A DNA stretch of 64,000 bases from assembly GCF_009914755.1 (NCBI RefSeq), contig NC_060928.1, one strand, 5' to 3'. Below are positions 29,410 through 43,076 of the stretch, piece by piece. The stretch is from the human T2T-CHM13v2.0 reference genome, Homo sapiens. The position numbers were made by a program, and so were the translations under genes. Within the stretch, counting starts at the first letter, position 1, and every line of letters begins with the position of its first letter. The notes below the pieces were generated by a model, which saw only the letters and a list, made by a program, of their open reading frames with translations, was not told the DNA's origin and searched no databases.

Positions 29410-30525
29410 AATAGTACCATTTATGAAATTTATGCATTGTATCATTTTATCTATCGCAGAAAAGAAGTTGAAATGAGAAATATAAAAATTATTGGATATT
29501 TCATAATATAGTCATTATATCAGAATAAGATATTTTAAATATAATAGAATAATTGCATTATCTTGTATTAAGCAGAAAGAAATCATGCCTTTTTTTAAGC
29601 CCATAAAAGTTCACTTCTTATCTCTTGGTAATGCCCAAACAATTCTGAGAATTAAAATATGAGCTATTCATTCTTCTATTATGAAGAGTAAAGCATTTCA
29701 AATTTACTGACCTTTTCTGTGATGACAAGTGGCTGACAGGAGGATGCTACCTAGCAGATATTTTGGGGAAATTTTCAAACATATCCCTTCAAGGTAAAGG
29801 TAGCACTTTAACAACTAAGAAAGTAACTTGGACAGTGGAGAAGGCATCTTGAAATGTCCCCATTATTGAGTGATTAGTTTTAGCCCAAAATAAATAAAGA
29901 TATATAATATTTTCTAATCTGGGCATGCTTTAAATTTAGAAAAAAAGTGTGGCTTTTGAAGTAGTTTGTTAACATTAATATAGTACTTTCTGATTACTTT
30001 GCAAGGAAAAGTGATTGACATCAGAGAAGGTGAAAATTTATTAGTCAAATTTCAATAAAAATAGTTTTACTATAACAGGGAATGGGATTTTAAAATTACA
30101 TGATGTTTTAGTAATCACAACCAAAAATGTCTCCTCTCATTTGGCTCAACATATTTCTATAAAGTCTCTTTTTCGACCATGACAGTTATTATAACCATGT
30201 GTGGAAATAAATAATACTTAAGAACCAGAGCTTTGAATTTCTGTATTATAAAGTTTAAAACAGATTTGAAAAGCACATTTAGTTACATTGATTGCATTGC
30301 TCTCAGTCTTTTATTTTGGAATCCAAAATAAAATTATAATATGAGAAGGTTTTTGAAATAATAGTAAAAAATAAAATTAAAATATTTAACTTTATTTTTG
30401 CCTCATCTGTCTTTAATTTTTATTTTTCAGTATACCTTAAATGTATATATTAGTCTAATAGTACTGATATATAACTCATAAAACAATAAATAAATACATA
30501 TTTGACAGGTATGCTCAAAATATTA
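29410..30525 (+). mobile_element. hAT-Charlie DNA transposon fossil (transposase remnant)
   Basis: Degenerate coding for HCII (about 29435), DLFCDDKWL...YLADIF...SLQGK (about 29708-29800), and an FGSTY..SFS.MT.I.T hAT dimerisation-like segment (about 30140-30200). Confidence 0.7.
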
Positions 30526-32520
30526 ATGAGTGCACTGTTAGAAAAATGTAAAGGACATTCCAATAAAGAGAGCAGAAGTAAACACAAATACTTGTAGCAT
30601 GACAGGAAAACAGGGCAGAGGCTAAAAACTCTGCTTGTCACACCTAAGGCACAATACTTAAAATATGAGATGGTAGAAAATGATAAACAAGACTTCATCT
30701 TCTCAAGAGCTTACTTATTTCCGAAGACATTTTTTACAGATTTGTTTTTACTAATTAAAATATGACTGCCAGGATCCATTTCCCATTAGAATCAAGACAA
30801 CATTGCTGGAAAAAATATAAGACTTTGTTGTCCTTTTAACAACTTCTTATCTCCATGGGATTCTGATGTATTTCATATTGAAACTAAAGGCAGAGGCTTT
30901 CAGAAAAAAAAATATATTTTTTTCTGAAAACACAATTAACACTCAAATCCTTTTATTCTCTTTCTAATCCTACCCTATCCTATCCTTGGCAATTACATGA
31001 CAGTATGAGGAAAGAGGGAAACTCTATTTTGAAAAGATATTTTAATTAGGCTATAACTGAATATTGACACAACTCTAGGACGCATATCAAAAATTCTAAA
31101 CATGTGTTGTTCATCTTTTGCAACTGTGTTTTAATTTTTAGGAAAAATGTATCTGAGCCCCAGGAATATATGTTTAGCAAAGATACTCCATTGCAATTAG
31201 CTGAGAATGAAAGAAACAAAGGGAAGTCAATTACAGCTGTCTGGTCATTTGGAACCTGGCAGCATTAACTGTCAGCTAATGGAAGAGGCTAGAAACTTTT
31301 GCTTCCTCAGACCTTCTTGTAATTAATATAGCTATTAATATTATACTTCACAGCCAGAAATCAATAAATCACTGACAAAAAAGGTAGTGCTTAAGATGCA
31401 TGTGAAATTTAGTTCTTCATGAAACCTCAAAGACATCCAAACTGACATCTTCAGTGTTCCCATATCTCTGCATACATACTGAACTAATTCAATGTGTTCA
31501 CAGCTCTACAGTCAGGAAATACAATGTTTAAAACAGCAGAATTGGTCCTTTTAAACAACGTCTGCAGCCTCTACAGAACAGAACATAGGGTATGCAAGGA
31601 GGCATTATCTTTTACAGAGCTGTGCATCCCCCTATGCACTATCTCCTCTTAGCCAGTTGCCTGAGTGTGGAACATCTGTGTTTATTTTGCATGAAGAAGT
31701 TGTTCCTTGGCTTTGCCAAAATGAGCTTTGATGTGGGACTCTGGGTTTGTGGATTTTCCGTAGGGTGATGATAAAGCTCAAGTGGCAGGACATTGTTTTT
31801 GTATATAATGCATATTACATGAAGTCATCCATATTTAATGACAAGTGTGCTATATTTTTAATCTTTATAGCTTTAATGTGTGCGAGAGGTTTTAATAATT
31901 GGTGCTGGGATGATGGTAACGTCCCAGAAATGCTCAGCACAACTGCTGTGGTTCTCAGCCCACAGTTTGCACAGGTTGTAAATTATGAAACTTGATTAGC
32001 AATAGACTTGGCAATATCTCTCATCTTTTGAAGATGCCAATCTGTAGCATCATGGGTACAAAATATTTTTATTCATACTTTTAATATTCACCTAGATAGC
32101 CTACGTGAAAAACTTGAGAAGAAAAATGATGAGCTTTTCAGGGAAATTAAACTGTTTTTCTACAGACTTAGAATTCTACCTGCAAAAACTAAACAGTTTC
32201 ACCTCCAAAATTGTCCAGTTAAAATTCTAATTTTTCTGTATATGGCAGCAGAGTTTTAAATATTGTGGATATGTATTCTGTAATGTTTCTGGTTTTTTTT
32301 TAAAGGCTTTGTGAAGAAATCATATTATTCACAATCACTAATAGGTTACAGTTAGAAATTTCAGAGATCTAACAATTTTGGTAACTTTCATTTTCAACAG
32401 TATCAATTTTTGCTTAAATTTTTCCTGTACTCTTGGTCTAAATTATCTATTCCTCAGTTCAGCAATCAGTTCCCTAATGTTGAAAGACAAGATCAGTCAG
32501 TCCAATGAGTATTTACTGAG

Positions 32521-32932
32521 CATATTAGGCCATTCTTGCATTGACATAAAGAAATACCGGAGGCTGGGTAAAAAAAGAGATTTAATGGGCTCAAAGTTCT
32601 GTAGGCTGCACAGGAAGCGTGGTGCTGGCATCTGCTTCTGGCGAGGGCCTCAGGAAGCTTACAATCATGGTGGAAAGCCAAGGGGTGTCAGCTGGTCACA
32701 TGGTGAGAGTGGGAGCAAGAGACAGTGTGAGAAGGAGGTCCAGCTTTTTTAAAGAACCAAATCTCAAGTGAACTAAGAGCAAGAACTCACTGATCACCAA
32801 GCGGGTGGTGCTAAGCCATTCTTGAGAGATTCACCTCCATGATTAATTCACTTCTCTCCAAACCCTACCAACAACATTGGGAATCACATTTCAACAAGAG
32901 GTTTGAAGGTGAGAAACATCCAAACCATATCA
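32521..32932 (-). mobile_element. MaLR solo LTR (MSTB-like)
   Basis: Ends CATCCAAACCATATCA; MST-type body. Confidence 0.85.
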
Positions 32933-35356
32933 TTCCATATTTATAGGCAATAAAGAACATCATTGGAGACCCTAGATCCTGCCCATCTACCACACAGCAA
33001 AGCAACTATTACCCATTCCCACCCTTATTTCCATCACAGCATAAAATGGAGGATTTACTGTCTGTCAAACCGAGGGGACTCTGGGCATGGGACCACCCAG
33101 CTCAGATGAGGGTATAGAGAATATAGCAAACACTTAGGGGTTATGTAAAAGACTACATATAAAAATGAAACACTCCAACCTCCTGGCTCAAACTGTCACA
33201 GTCAGCTGAATGATTGTTGGCAACCAGTTTTATATCTCCCAGAAGGGCTAAAAAATAGTTAAGTATTAACATTTGAGTGTACCACCAATGAAAGGTTGTA
33301 TTCCCAGCAAATCCCTCACTAGTGTAGCTGCTGTGCAACAAACTTCATTTACATACAAAATCTCCAAACAACATTTTACTACCTACTTTGTAAATATCGA
33401 CGGATAATCAAGCATTCACCAGGCAAGAAAACTTCATGCCACACTGAAACTGAAATTATTATCATCAGAATATTTAATACATTAAACAAAATAAACCCAG
33501 CATGTATTTAAAAGGAAATTTCAAGAAAAAAAGAGCTCTGGGAAAAGTAAATATACAAAAGAAAAATTGGAAGATAAATTTGAGGAAACATCCAGAAATT
33601 AAAATAAAATCGCCAAGATATAAAATATAGGAAAATAAAGATGAGAAAATTAGAAAATCTGTCCAAGTAATTCAATAATTGAGTAATAGGATTCCAACAG
33701 AAAATAACAAAGAAACAAAAATCAGATAATTATATTAAGAATACCAGAAAATATCTCAAAACTGAAGGGCATGCATATGAGACTAAAAGTGCACCAAAAG
33801 TATTTACCACTATAGATAAAATAGAGACACAATGAAGCATTAGATCAAGCAATTTCAGGTAAATGGAAATGAAATAATCTTTAAAACATTCAAATGTATG
33901 TGTGTGCACACACAATTATAAAAAGATCTGGATTCGGGATGAATTCAGATCTCAGTGGAAATATGGAGAGCTAGAAGAAAATGAAGCAAATACCTAAGCA
34001 ATTCTGAGGGGGGAAAATCATACTACGATTTTATATCCACTCACATGGTCAGTCAGGAGAAAAATGAGGACATTTTTTTCAAGCACACATTCCTCAAAAA
34101 ATGTAGCTTCTGTGAAACATTTCTCATTTAGCCACTGGAGGATATGGGCTATACTAAGTTAAAAAAAAGATATAAGATACAGGAGACTGAAAACTCTTAT
34201 CAAATACAGGAGGTAAATCAAGAAGATTTCCAGAGTTTATGGGGATCAAAAATTCTGGGATGAGAACTGTATATCAAGCTTAGAGAAAAATCATTAAAAA
34301 TTAGAACAGGAAGGTGGTGGAGTACCAAGGCTATATTTGAACATATCGCAAAAAGTTTTAAATTTCTGGCATAGGGTTAGGGAAGAATTTGAGATAGCTA
34401 CATCTGAGATTAAATAAATGGAAATATAAGGCAAATAAAAACTCCAGGGAAAATAAAAGTACCTTGTAAAATTTTTCTTTGAAAGAAAAATAATGTAAAT
34501 TATTGTACATCACATGAATCATCTGTAAATAATATAACACACTTACAATAACTAAGCAATAAATTAAATATTAATTTAACAAAAAAATTGATGAATTAAT
34601 TACATTGGGGAAAAGAATAAATTACCAAATTTTCATCTTGATAATTAAGTAGTCAATACATAATGTCTAAAACTGAAATATCAAAAAGTAGTGGCAAAGG
34701 GACCTAGAATAGTTAAAATAATTTTGAAAAGATTAACAAACCTGGAGAGTTTATACTACCTAAGACTCGTTTAAAGATATAGTAATTAAGAGAGTGTGCT
34801 ATACACACAAAAATATTTAAATAGATTCATGAATCAAAAAAGAGACTACAGATAGAGACCCACATGTATATGGTCAATTGATTTTTAACAAAGTTGCCAA
34901 ATAATTTAATGGAAATGATGGCTTTAAAAAAAAAAGTTGTACTGGGTTAATTTAATATCAGTACAGAAAAATAGTCCTTCATCATATCTCATACTATGCT
35001 GAAAAATTAATTTGAAATGACTCGCATCCTTAAATGATAAACCTAAAACTATAAAACTTCTGAAAGAAAAATAGTAGAGAATCTTTGTGACTTAAGTTAG
35101 GCAAAGATTTCTCAGAAAACAAAAAGCACTCATAAAATAATTAAAATGATAAATTGGCCTTTAACAAAATCAGTAAGCTTTGTTCCTCAAAAGAAAATAT
35201 ATGAATGACCGATAAGCATATGAATAAATGTTCAAAATCATTACTTTCTAAGAAAATGTAAATTAAACCTTGAGATATGACTATACATTCTTGATAATGG
35301 CTAAAATTGAAAATGCTGACAAAAACAAGTGTTAGTGATAACATAGAACTGGAACT

Positions 35357-35997
35357 TGCAGGACAGTTCTTCCGTGTGCCTATACCAACCCATTTCTCCC
35401 CGTTTTCTTGCTTGTAGTTCTCAAGAGTAACTGTAGAATGTGCTGGGAATGCAGTATCATAAGTTGGGGGAAACTGCTTGAAACAGTTCAGGTCTTGTTC
35501 CTGACCATGCTGAGAAATCTTGAGATAAGGAAAAACTGCCCAAGACAGCTAAGGCTTTGTGTTCACTCCTCTGGAAGCAGGATGTTCTTCAAAGTGTTGC
35601 CAAGTGATTCATGTTGCCCCAAAGCTATCAAACCCAAGGCAGGTTGTTTTTTAGGGTCACTCAGCCGAGATGCAAGCAGGGCACACAAAGTCAACACTCC
35701 ATCTGCCCTAAGTAGCTTTCTTGAGCCTTCAGGACTGGCTCCCAGTGGACTTGAGACTCCTTTCTTCCCTTGCCTACCTGTAAGTAATAAGCCCACCTCA
35801 TATGTCTTGTTATGTGTGAATGTGCTCTGTCTCATAGGACTTAGACAAATTGGAAGCCAGTGCATGGTGGACCTAAACAGTAGCCCAGGATGCAGTAGGC
35901 ACAGTATTTGAACTTCTGCTCTTGGTTGTTGGCACAATGATGATGTTGCCACTCTTGATGCACCCTTGGGATTGGTAATTAGTGAACCTGCTTTAGA
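35357..35997 (+). mobile_element. ERVL solo LTR (MER54/LTR53-like)
   Basis: TGCAGGACAGTTC...GTGAACCTGCTTTAGA. 5-bp TSD GAACT at 35352-35356 and 35998-36002. Removing it restores the L1 sequence CTGGAACTCTCATAC. Confidence 0.8.
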
Positions 35998-36064
35998 GAA
36001 CTCTCATACACTATTAGCGAGAGTTTAAATAGTACAACTTTAAAAGTGTTTTGGCAGTTTCTTA

Positions 36065-36658
<594 letters not shown>

Positions 36659-37330
36659 CTATGTATGAAGATATAGAACAAGTAAAACTAATATGTAATT
36701 CTATGCTGAATAAAATGATATCAGTGCCTTGGGTCAGAGTTGGGTAGAAGAATTGACTGGAAAAGAGCACAAGGAACTTCCAGGGGCAATCAGTGTTTTG
36801 TCTCTTGAATAGGGTGGTGAGACCAAGGCTGTACACAGATATCTAAGTTCATTAAACTGCACATGTTGTGTGATATAATAAATTATAGCTCAGTAAATTT
36901 GTTTTATTAAAAATAGTGATATAACCTCTGTTATTTGGAAATATTGAGGTACATGACCAAATAATACAGATAAAAGAATTGAAGAGTTGGAGATTGGGAG
37001 TAGGATTTCAGATTTAGAGTAGATAATGGCATTTTTTGTTTGTTTGTTTTATGCCTTGTTAAATGACTTGGGTTTTAAATTTATGTATAAATTAATTTAC
37101 ATACTTATACAACTGTAATTAAATAAATAACCTTCCTATTTTCTAAATCATATGAGTTGTGCTCCAATTACATCTCTTTTGTTAAGCTCTTTGATCTTGG
37201 AAAAGACATTTCACTTCAATACGCTTCTCTGTGAATATTCTTATTCACATTATCAGGAATAGAAATATCCGCTGCCTCATAAATAAGTTGTGAAGTCAAA
37301 AACTTATATTTTATGTTAAGCACTTAGTAA

Positions 37331-37645
<315 letters not shown>

Positions 37646-37893
37646 TAAGCTTATAGAAGATTTTAACCACTAATATTATTAAATATTTCTATCTTTCCCA
37701 TTTCCATATCTCACAAATTCCTTTAACAACTACAACAGTCCTAATTTCTTTCTCCTTCCTCCTCATGCTTTTCCATATCTCTAGTATGGAATATTTTGAC
37801 TATTCAGGGCAAGTCCAAAAAGTGGCCACATACATATTATCAGTGTAAAACAAAAGTATTTGTTTAACAACTATATCCAATTATTAGTCTCGA

Positions 37894-38204
37894 TTTTTTT
37901 TTTTTTTTTGAGACAGGGTCTTGATCTATGGCCCAGGCTGGAGTGCAGTGGTGTGATCATGCATGACTGACTGCAGCCTCGACCTCCTGGGCTTAAGTGA
38001 TCCTCCTGCCTCAACTACCCAAGTAGCTGGGGCATCAGCTGCACATCACTATGCCCAGCTAATGTTTTTATTTTTGTAGAGACAGGGTCTCGTGATGTCG
38101 CCTAGTGTTGCCTAGGCTGATCTTGAATTCCTGGGCTCAAGTGATCCTCCCATCTTGGCCTCCCAAAGTGCTGGGATTACAGGTGTGAGCTACCACACCT
38201 GGCT
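37894..38204 (-). mobile_element. AluJ
   Basis: Antisense Alu dimer with GCAGCCTCGACCTCCTGGGC and CCTGGGCTCAAGTGATCCTCC. Confidence 0.9.
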
Positions 38205-39939
38205 TGATCCTTTTCTTTGGTCACATTATTAAAAATTGCAGGTAACTCCTTACTTTAATAAATCATTATATGAAAACTGTTTCTACCAGTGAGCCTTTCC
38301 TTGAATAAGACTGAATACATATTCCCTGAATACTGAGAAATTAGAATTTGTTTCCTATGTATAATAATTCACCAGGGTTTCATCTAAATTTTAGTACAAG
38401 GAGGAAAATGATAAACAGTGTCTCTTCTGTGAGGAAAGACAGGCTTTCTTTTATATAAAACTTGTGATATACACAATCCAAGATATCTAAAGATTTTAGA
38501 GGATTAGTCATTTTTTCACTATTTTAAAAATCATCTACATTGTCCAGTATGTATGTTAGATTGTGAAATACAGTGATGGGTAAGATACAGATGCTGTCTT
38601 GGAAGGCTGATAGGCTTCCAAGCCTATGCTAAATGCTATGAACAGAATAAATGCATAATGTTATGAGAGGTCATCATGTTATACCCTCAATAGGAGGGAT
38701 GTTGAGACCGTATAGAGAGACACAAGGGGCTTTCCAGAAGAAATACCATCAAACAGAGGGTAGCAGAGTGGGTAGCAGGCAGGGATTTCCACACTGGCAA
38801 TACTGCATACTAGCTGTGTTATCCTGTAAATCTAATAAGAGCACCTGTCTCATCATGTTTGTGATAATAGGATAGTGCCTAGCATATGGTAAATGCCAAT
38901 AAAAATTTTTTTGCATTAGGAGTTATTTCTAACAGTTCTCGTTCAACTAACTGTTTATAAGTGAAACCAAAAATTGTTGCTATGCAAAAGAAGAAACTGT
39001 TTCACAGGACAGCGTTAACACAGGCCTGGAGACTTGCTTTTGCTTGGAAAGAACTACACAAACCTCATTGCCTGTACCTGTACTTTAGCTACAGTTACTT
39101 TATCACCTATTAAGACTACCTTTAACTTGCCACTTCAGTTTAAAGTGATGAATAATAAAATATGCAAATTTAATAGTTACAAAATATAATAAAGCAATCT
39201 TAAAGATTAAAAGCATCTTTTTTTAAGTAAAAACAATTTGAATAATTTGTATTTAAAATCTATATCCTCCCAGAAAAAAAATTAACATAGATATTTCTTG
39301 GCTATATTAGGCTCAAATTTATGATCAAATAATTACTGAGATTTACAGGGCCTAAATTAATGCATTTCAGTGTGCTTAGTCAGCCTGAATGAATGTGTTC
39401 ACCAAAGTCTTGACAAACTTGAATATCTTACTATTTATGGAGCTCTAGTCATATTAATTTTAAACATTATTTGAAGATGTTTTAAAATAATTATATATAT
39501 TATCTGAATAATTTATATCAGAATATTTGAGATTTATTTCTCCTTGGAAAGGGATAGTTTTAAGTTCAATCATGTTTCTATTTTTTAAGTTTTATTGGTG
39601 GCCAAAGACACTGACTTTTTTTCCATTGTCTATAACTTATGTAGTTATGTGCTTTATTACAAAATTTTTTTAATTTAGAAAATAAACAAGAAAATAGTAA
39701 TCATGATATCCTGTCACCTAGATATAATTATAAACCTCTTTCCCAATGTTGAAGTACCCCAGGAGACAGTCCTTCCCTCCCTACAGGCTAAACATAGCAG
39801 TCATAAAAGGCCATAAAAGGTGATACTTATAAATCCAAGTCATATCTTATCACTCAGCTTCCATAAGACATATGTATATTTTATATATGTACACACATAC
39901 GTATACGTTTTTTGGGTCACCAAGTCCATATGTGCCTCT

Positions 39940-40930
39940 TTAACTTTTCTGAATATTGACAAAGTTTTCACAAGGAAACTTATATGAGACTCCCAGGGCT
40001 CTCAAGGTTGTCTAATGCTTAGTATTGACAAACATTTTCATTTTTTTGCAACATGATATTTTAATTTTTGGTTACCTGACTACAAGTGATGCTGAGCATC
40101 TGTTTACAAATGTATTGGTCATTCAGCCTTCTACTCCTAAAAACTGTATATCCTTTCCCATTTTTATTCCTTTGTCACTTTATTTCTGATTTATATGAGT
40201 TGTGTGTATTAAAACTGTCATACTAAATTTTGATTAGTTTTAGCAGTTACAGACATTTTTTTCCCAGTCCGAAACTTGTCTTTTCATTTTAATTAAGGTA
40301 TCTTTTTTAATGTACAGAAGCTTTCTATTTTAATACCAGTTCTATTTATGGAGTAACCGGCATCTTCTTCCACGATATCTGCTCATATATATTATAAACA
40401 GGTGACAAATAGGTATGTATGGTCAGTTTTCTCTGTTTTATTTTATCATATAACTTTAGTCACTCTGGTCTTATAGTTCAATATCTTGCACAGCATAATT
40501 TCAGTATACGTTTAAATATCTTGCACAAAATAATTGTTCTCCTCAATTCAAAACTTTATTAATGTCTATTGGCAAAGTTACAGACTTTTCTTCACTGTTC
40601 CTACATACTGTTAATCTTGTTCAATATGTTTTTTCTAGCTACCGTGAGATTTTTCCTAATCTTATTTCAAATTCATTATTGTAGATATATAAAGAAGAAT
40701 TGATTTTTCTCCGTTTTTCTACTGGTCATCTTACATAATTCTTATTATTTCTAATATTTTCCACTGATGTTCATAATTTAACACAAATGTCTACATTTTA
40801 AAATATTATCTTGTTTCAAATAACTATATAATTTTATTTTCTTGTTATATCACAATGACCAGATCTTTTAAACAAATAAAGGTGAACAAATAAAGGTGAT
40901 CACAGATATCTTTTCTTTCTGACACTCTTA
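39940..40930 (-). mobile_element. Old L1ME-type fragment
   Basis: Degenerate antisense L1 ORF2 3' region (GTGATGCTGAGCATCTGTTT...). Confidence 0.5.
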
Positions 40931-41175
40931 ATATTTAATCATCTTAAAAACAACAAGGTAGATAAAATATATAAACAATCTCGCTGTAGTCTCATCTCAG
41001 TTTTGGGCAAATCACATTTATCATCAAATCACATTCCCTGGTTACTGAGACAATAAACTGGTTTCGTTTGTAAGTCAACCTCACTGAATATGTTCATAAA
41101 GCAAATAATTGAAAGGAAATGAGGCAAAAGCCAGAATTATTATAGTTTAAATCATTAGGCCCAAATAGTCTATAT

Positions 41176-42055
41176 TGAAGCATGATATTTCCCTGACCCC
41201 TTCTCAGGACTCGTGACAAGAGTGCCCCATTTACTCATCCCGCTGCTCTCAACTCCTCACAGTAGGGAGTACACGAGTAAATGAGGCAGGAACTGGAGTA
41301 CATGAGCTCTGGAACCAGTTAGCTGCTTCGGCACCGGCCGGAGCAAACTGCACTCACTCAGATTCGCTGCGTTCCACCCTTCGCGGGAGGTGAATGGGTG
41401 CTGGAGCCAGGGCCAGTGCTTTGAGGCGCCAGCAGGAGCAAACTCCATGCAGGCCCCACGGCACCATCTGGGAGGGTACCTGCCACCCATGAAGCCCCAG
41501 AGGGCATGTTACAGTTCTCTTTTAGCTCTGACATCTGTGAATGGCTTCAGTGTAAACAGCTCAGTGGGCCTTTTTGCATCTGCACTCTTGGCTCCCGAGC
41601 TCTTGTCCAGGGTCCAGAAAAAATGAAGTCACGTGAACGAATTGAAGGATGGTAAATGCGGGGGATTTTATTGCCAATGAAAGTGGCTCTCCGCAGAAAG
41701 AGGGACTGAATAAAGGACAAGGCGACAAGGTAATCTTCCCCTGAAATCCGGCCGTCTCCGGCCAGATTCTTCTCCGAAGTTACTCTGTCAAGCAGCTTCT
41801 TTCTGGTGTCTAGCCATGGTCCTTGATGTCCAGCCGCTTCTCCCCTCTGCTGGCTGAGTCTGTGGCCTTTATAGGTATAGGATGGGATGGCGCAGAGCTA
41901 TGGGTGGTTTAGGAAAAGGCAACATTCAAGCTGGAAAGAGGGATATAAGTTCTCACTTAATGCCAGGGTCTCAGGCTTTTCGGCTTGAGGCTCGGGGCTT
42001 CATCAGGGAACCCGCCCTTTTCTGCATAGAATTTATCTGCCTCCTATCCCTATTA
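41176..42055 (-). mobile_element. ERV1 solo LTR (LTR28/LTR1 family)
   Basis: Termini TGAAGCA...CCCTATTA. 4-bp TSD ATAT at 41172-41175 and 42056-42059. Minus-strand TATAAA at 41868-41873 and AATAAA at 41667-41672. Confidence 0.85.
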
Positions 42056-42825
42056 ATATATTTCATGAGAATATATAAAGAGATAATTCACGGAAAAATT
42101 AAATATATTTAATCTCATAATAAAGAACTTTTAATGAAAAATAATAAAATATTTTTCTACATAAAACTAGCAAAGATAAAAAAATCGAATATTTTATGTT
42201 GGCAAGGGTACGATGAGATAGGTCTAGTGTACCATACTGTTAATATTATTGGAACATAATTTTTGGAAATTCCTTTTAAAATCTGCATTTGGGTACAATT
42301 TTGCATAGTGTAGCTAGAGTAGGTAATAGACCTACTCTATTTCAGTAGAATTGGGCAATTGTGCGATTAGGAAAGTTTATCAATATAGCAATCCTTCAAC
42401 CTCTGTCTTGCGGCAATTTCAAATTTCCACTTTCAAGCCCCAGTAGAGTTGCTCATGTTCTTCATGATCTCACCATGTGCTCAATTCTACCTCTTGATTT
42501 AAGTAATCTCTTTAGAAATAAGAATTTTTTAAACAATCACTCCTTTAGAGTAAACTTACTTGCAATAATATTTCAGTTTAAATATTATAAATGGGGTTAC
42601 TTTTTTAAGCATTTAAATAATATGGGATGGTATTAATATTTGGAAATGATAAGGTCTTATGGCTAATATTTTGGGGATAAGAAGCCACATACTCATCTTG
42701 CTTCTACAGTTGAGCCTAAGACTAGAAACAGAATTTTTATTTACTCATTTATTTTTGTTGGCGGCCTTTTTTTCCTTTTATTATTTTTTTTTTAAGAAAA
42801 TGACTATTGTTTTGGTAAAAATTCT

Positions 42826-43076
42826 TTTTCTGAGACTGAGTCTCACTCTGTCACCCAGGCTGGAGTGCAGTGGCACAATTTCGGCTCACTGCAACCTCTG
42901 CCTCCTGGGTTCAAGTTGATTCTCCTGCCTCAGCCTCCTGAGTAGCTGGGATTACAGGCATGTGCCACAACACCCAGCTAATTTTTGTATTTTTAGTAGA
43001 GACGGGGTTTCGCCATGTTGGCCAGGCTGGTCTCAAACTCCTGATCTCAAGTGATCTGCCTGCTCAGCCTCCCAAA
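42826..43076 (-). mobile_element. 5'-truncated AluS with a very short tail
   Basis: Perfect 18-bp TSD TGTTTTGGTAAAAATTCT at 42808-42825 and 43077-43094. Confidence 0.92.

Noticed and set aside
35408-35952. 167-aa and 129-aa ORFs
   Set aside because: They lie entirely within a solo LTR and show no gag, pol or env similarity.
40871-40899. 14-bp tandem duplication AACAAATAAAGGTG
   Set aside because: Ordinary replication slippage in an old L1.
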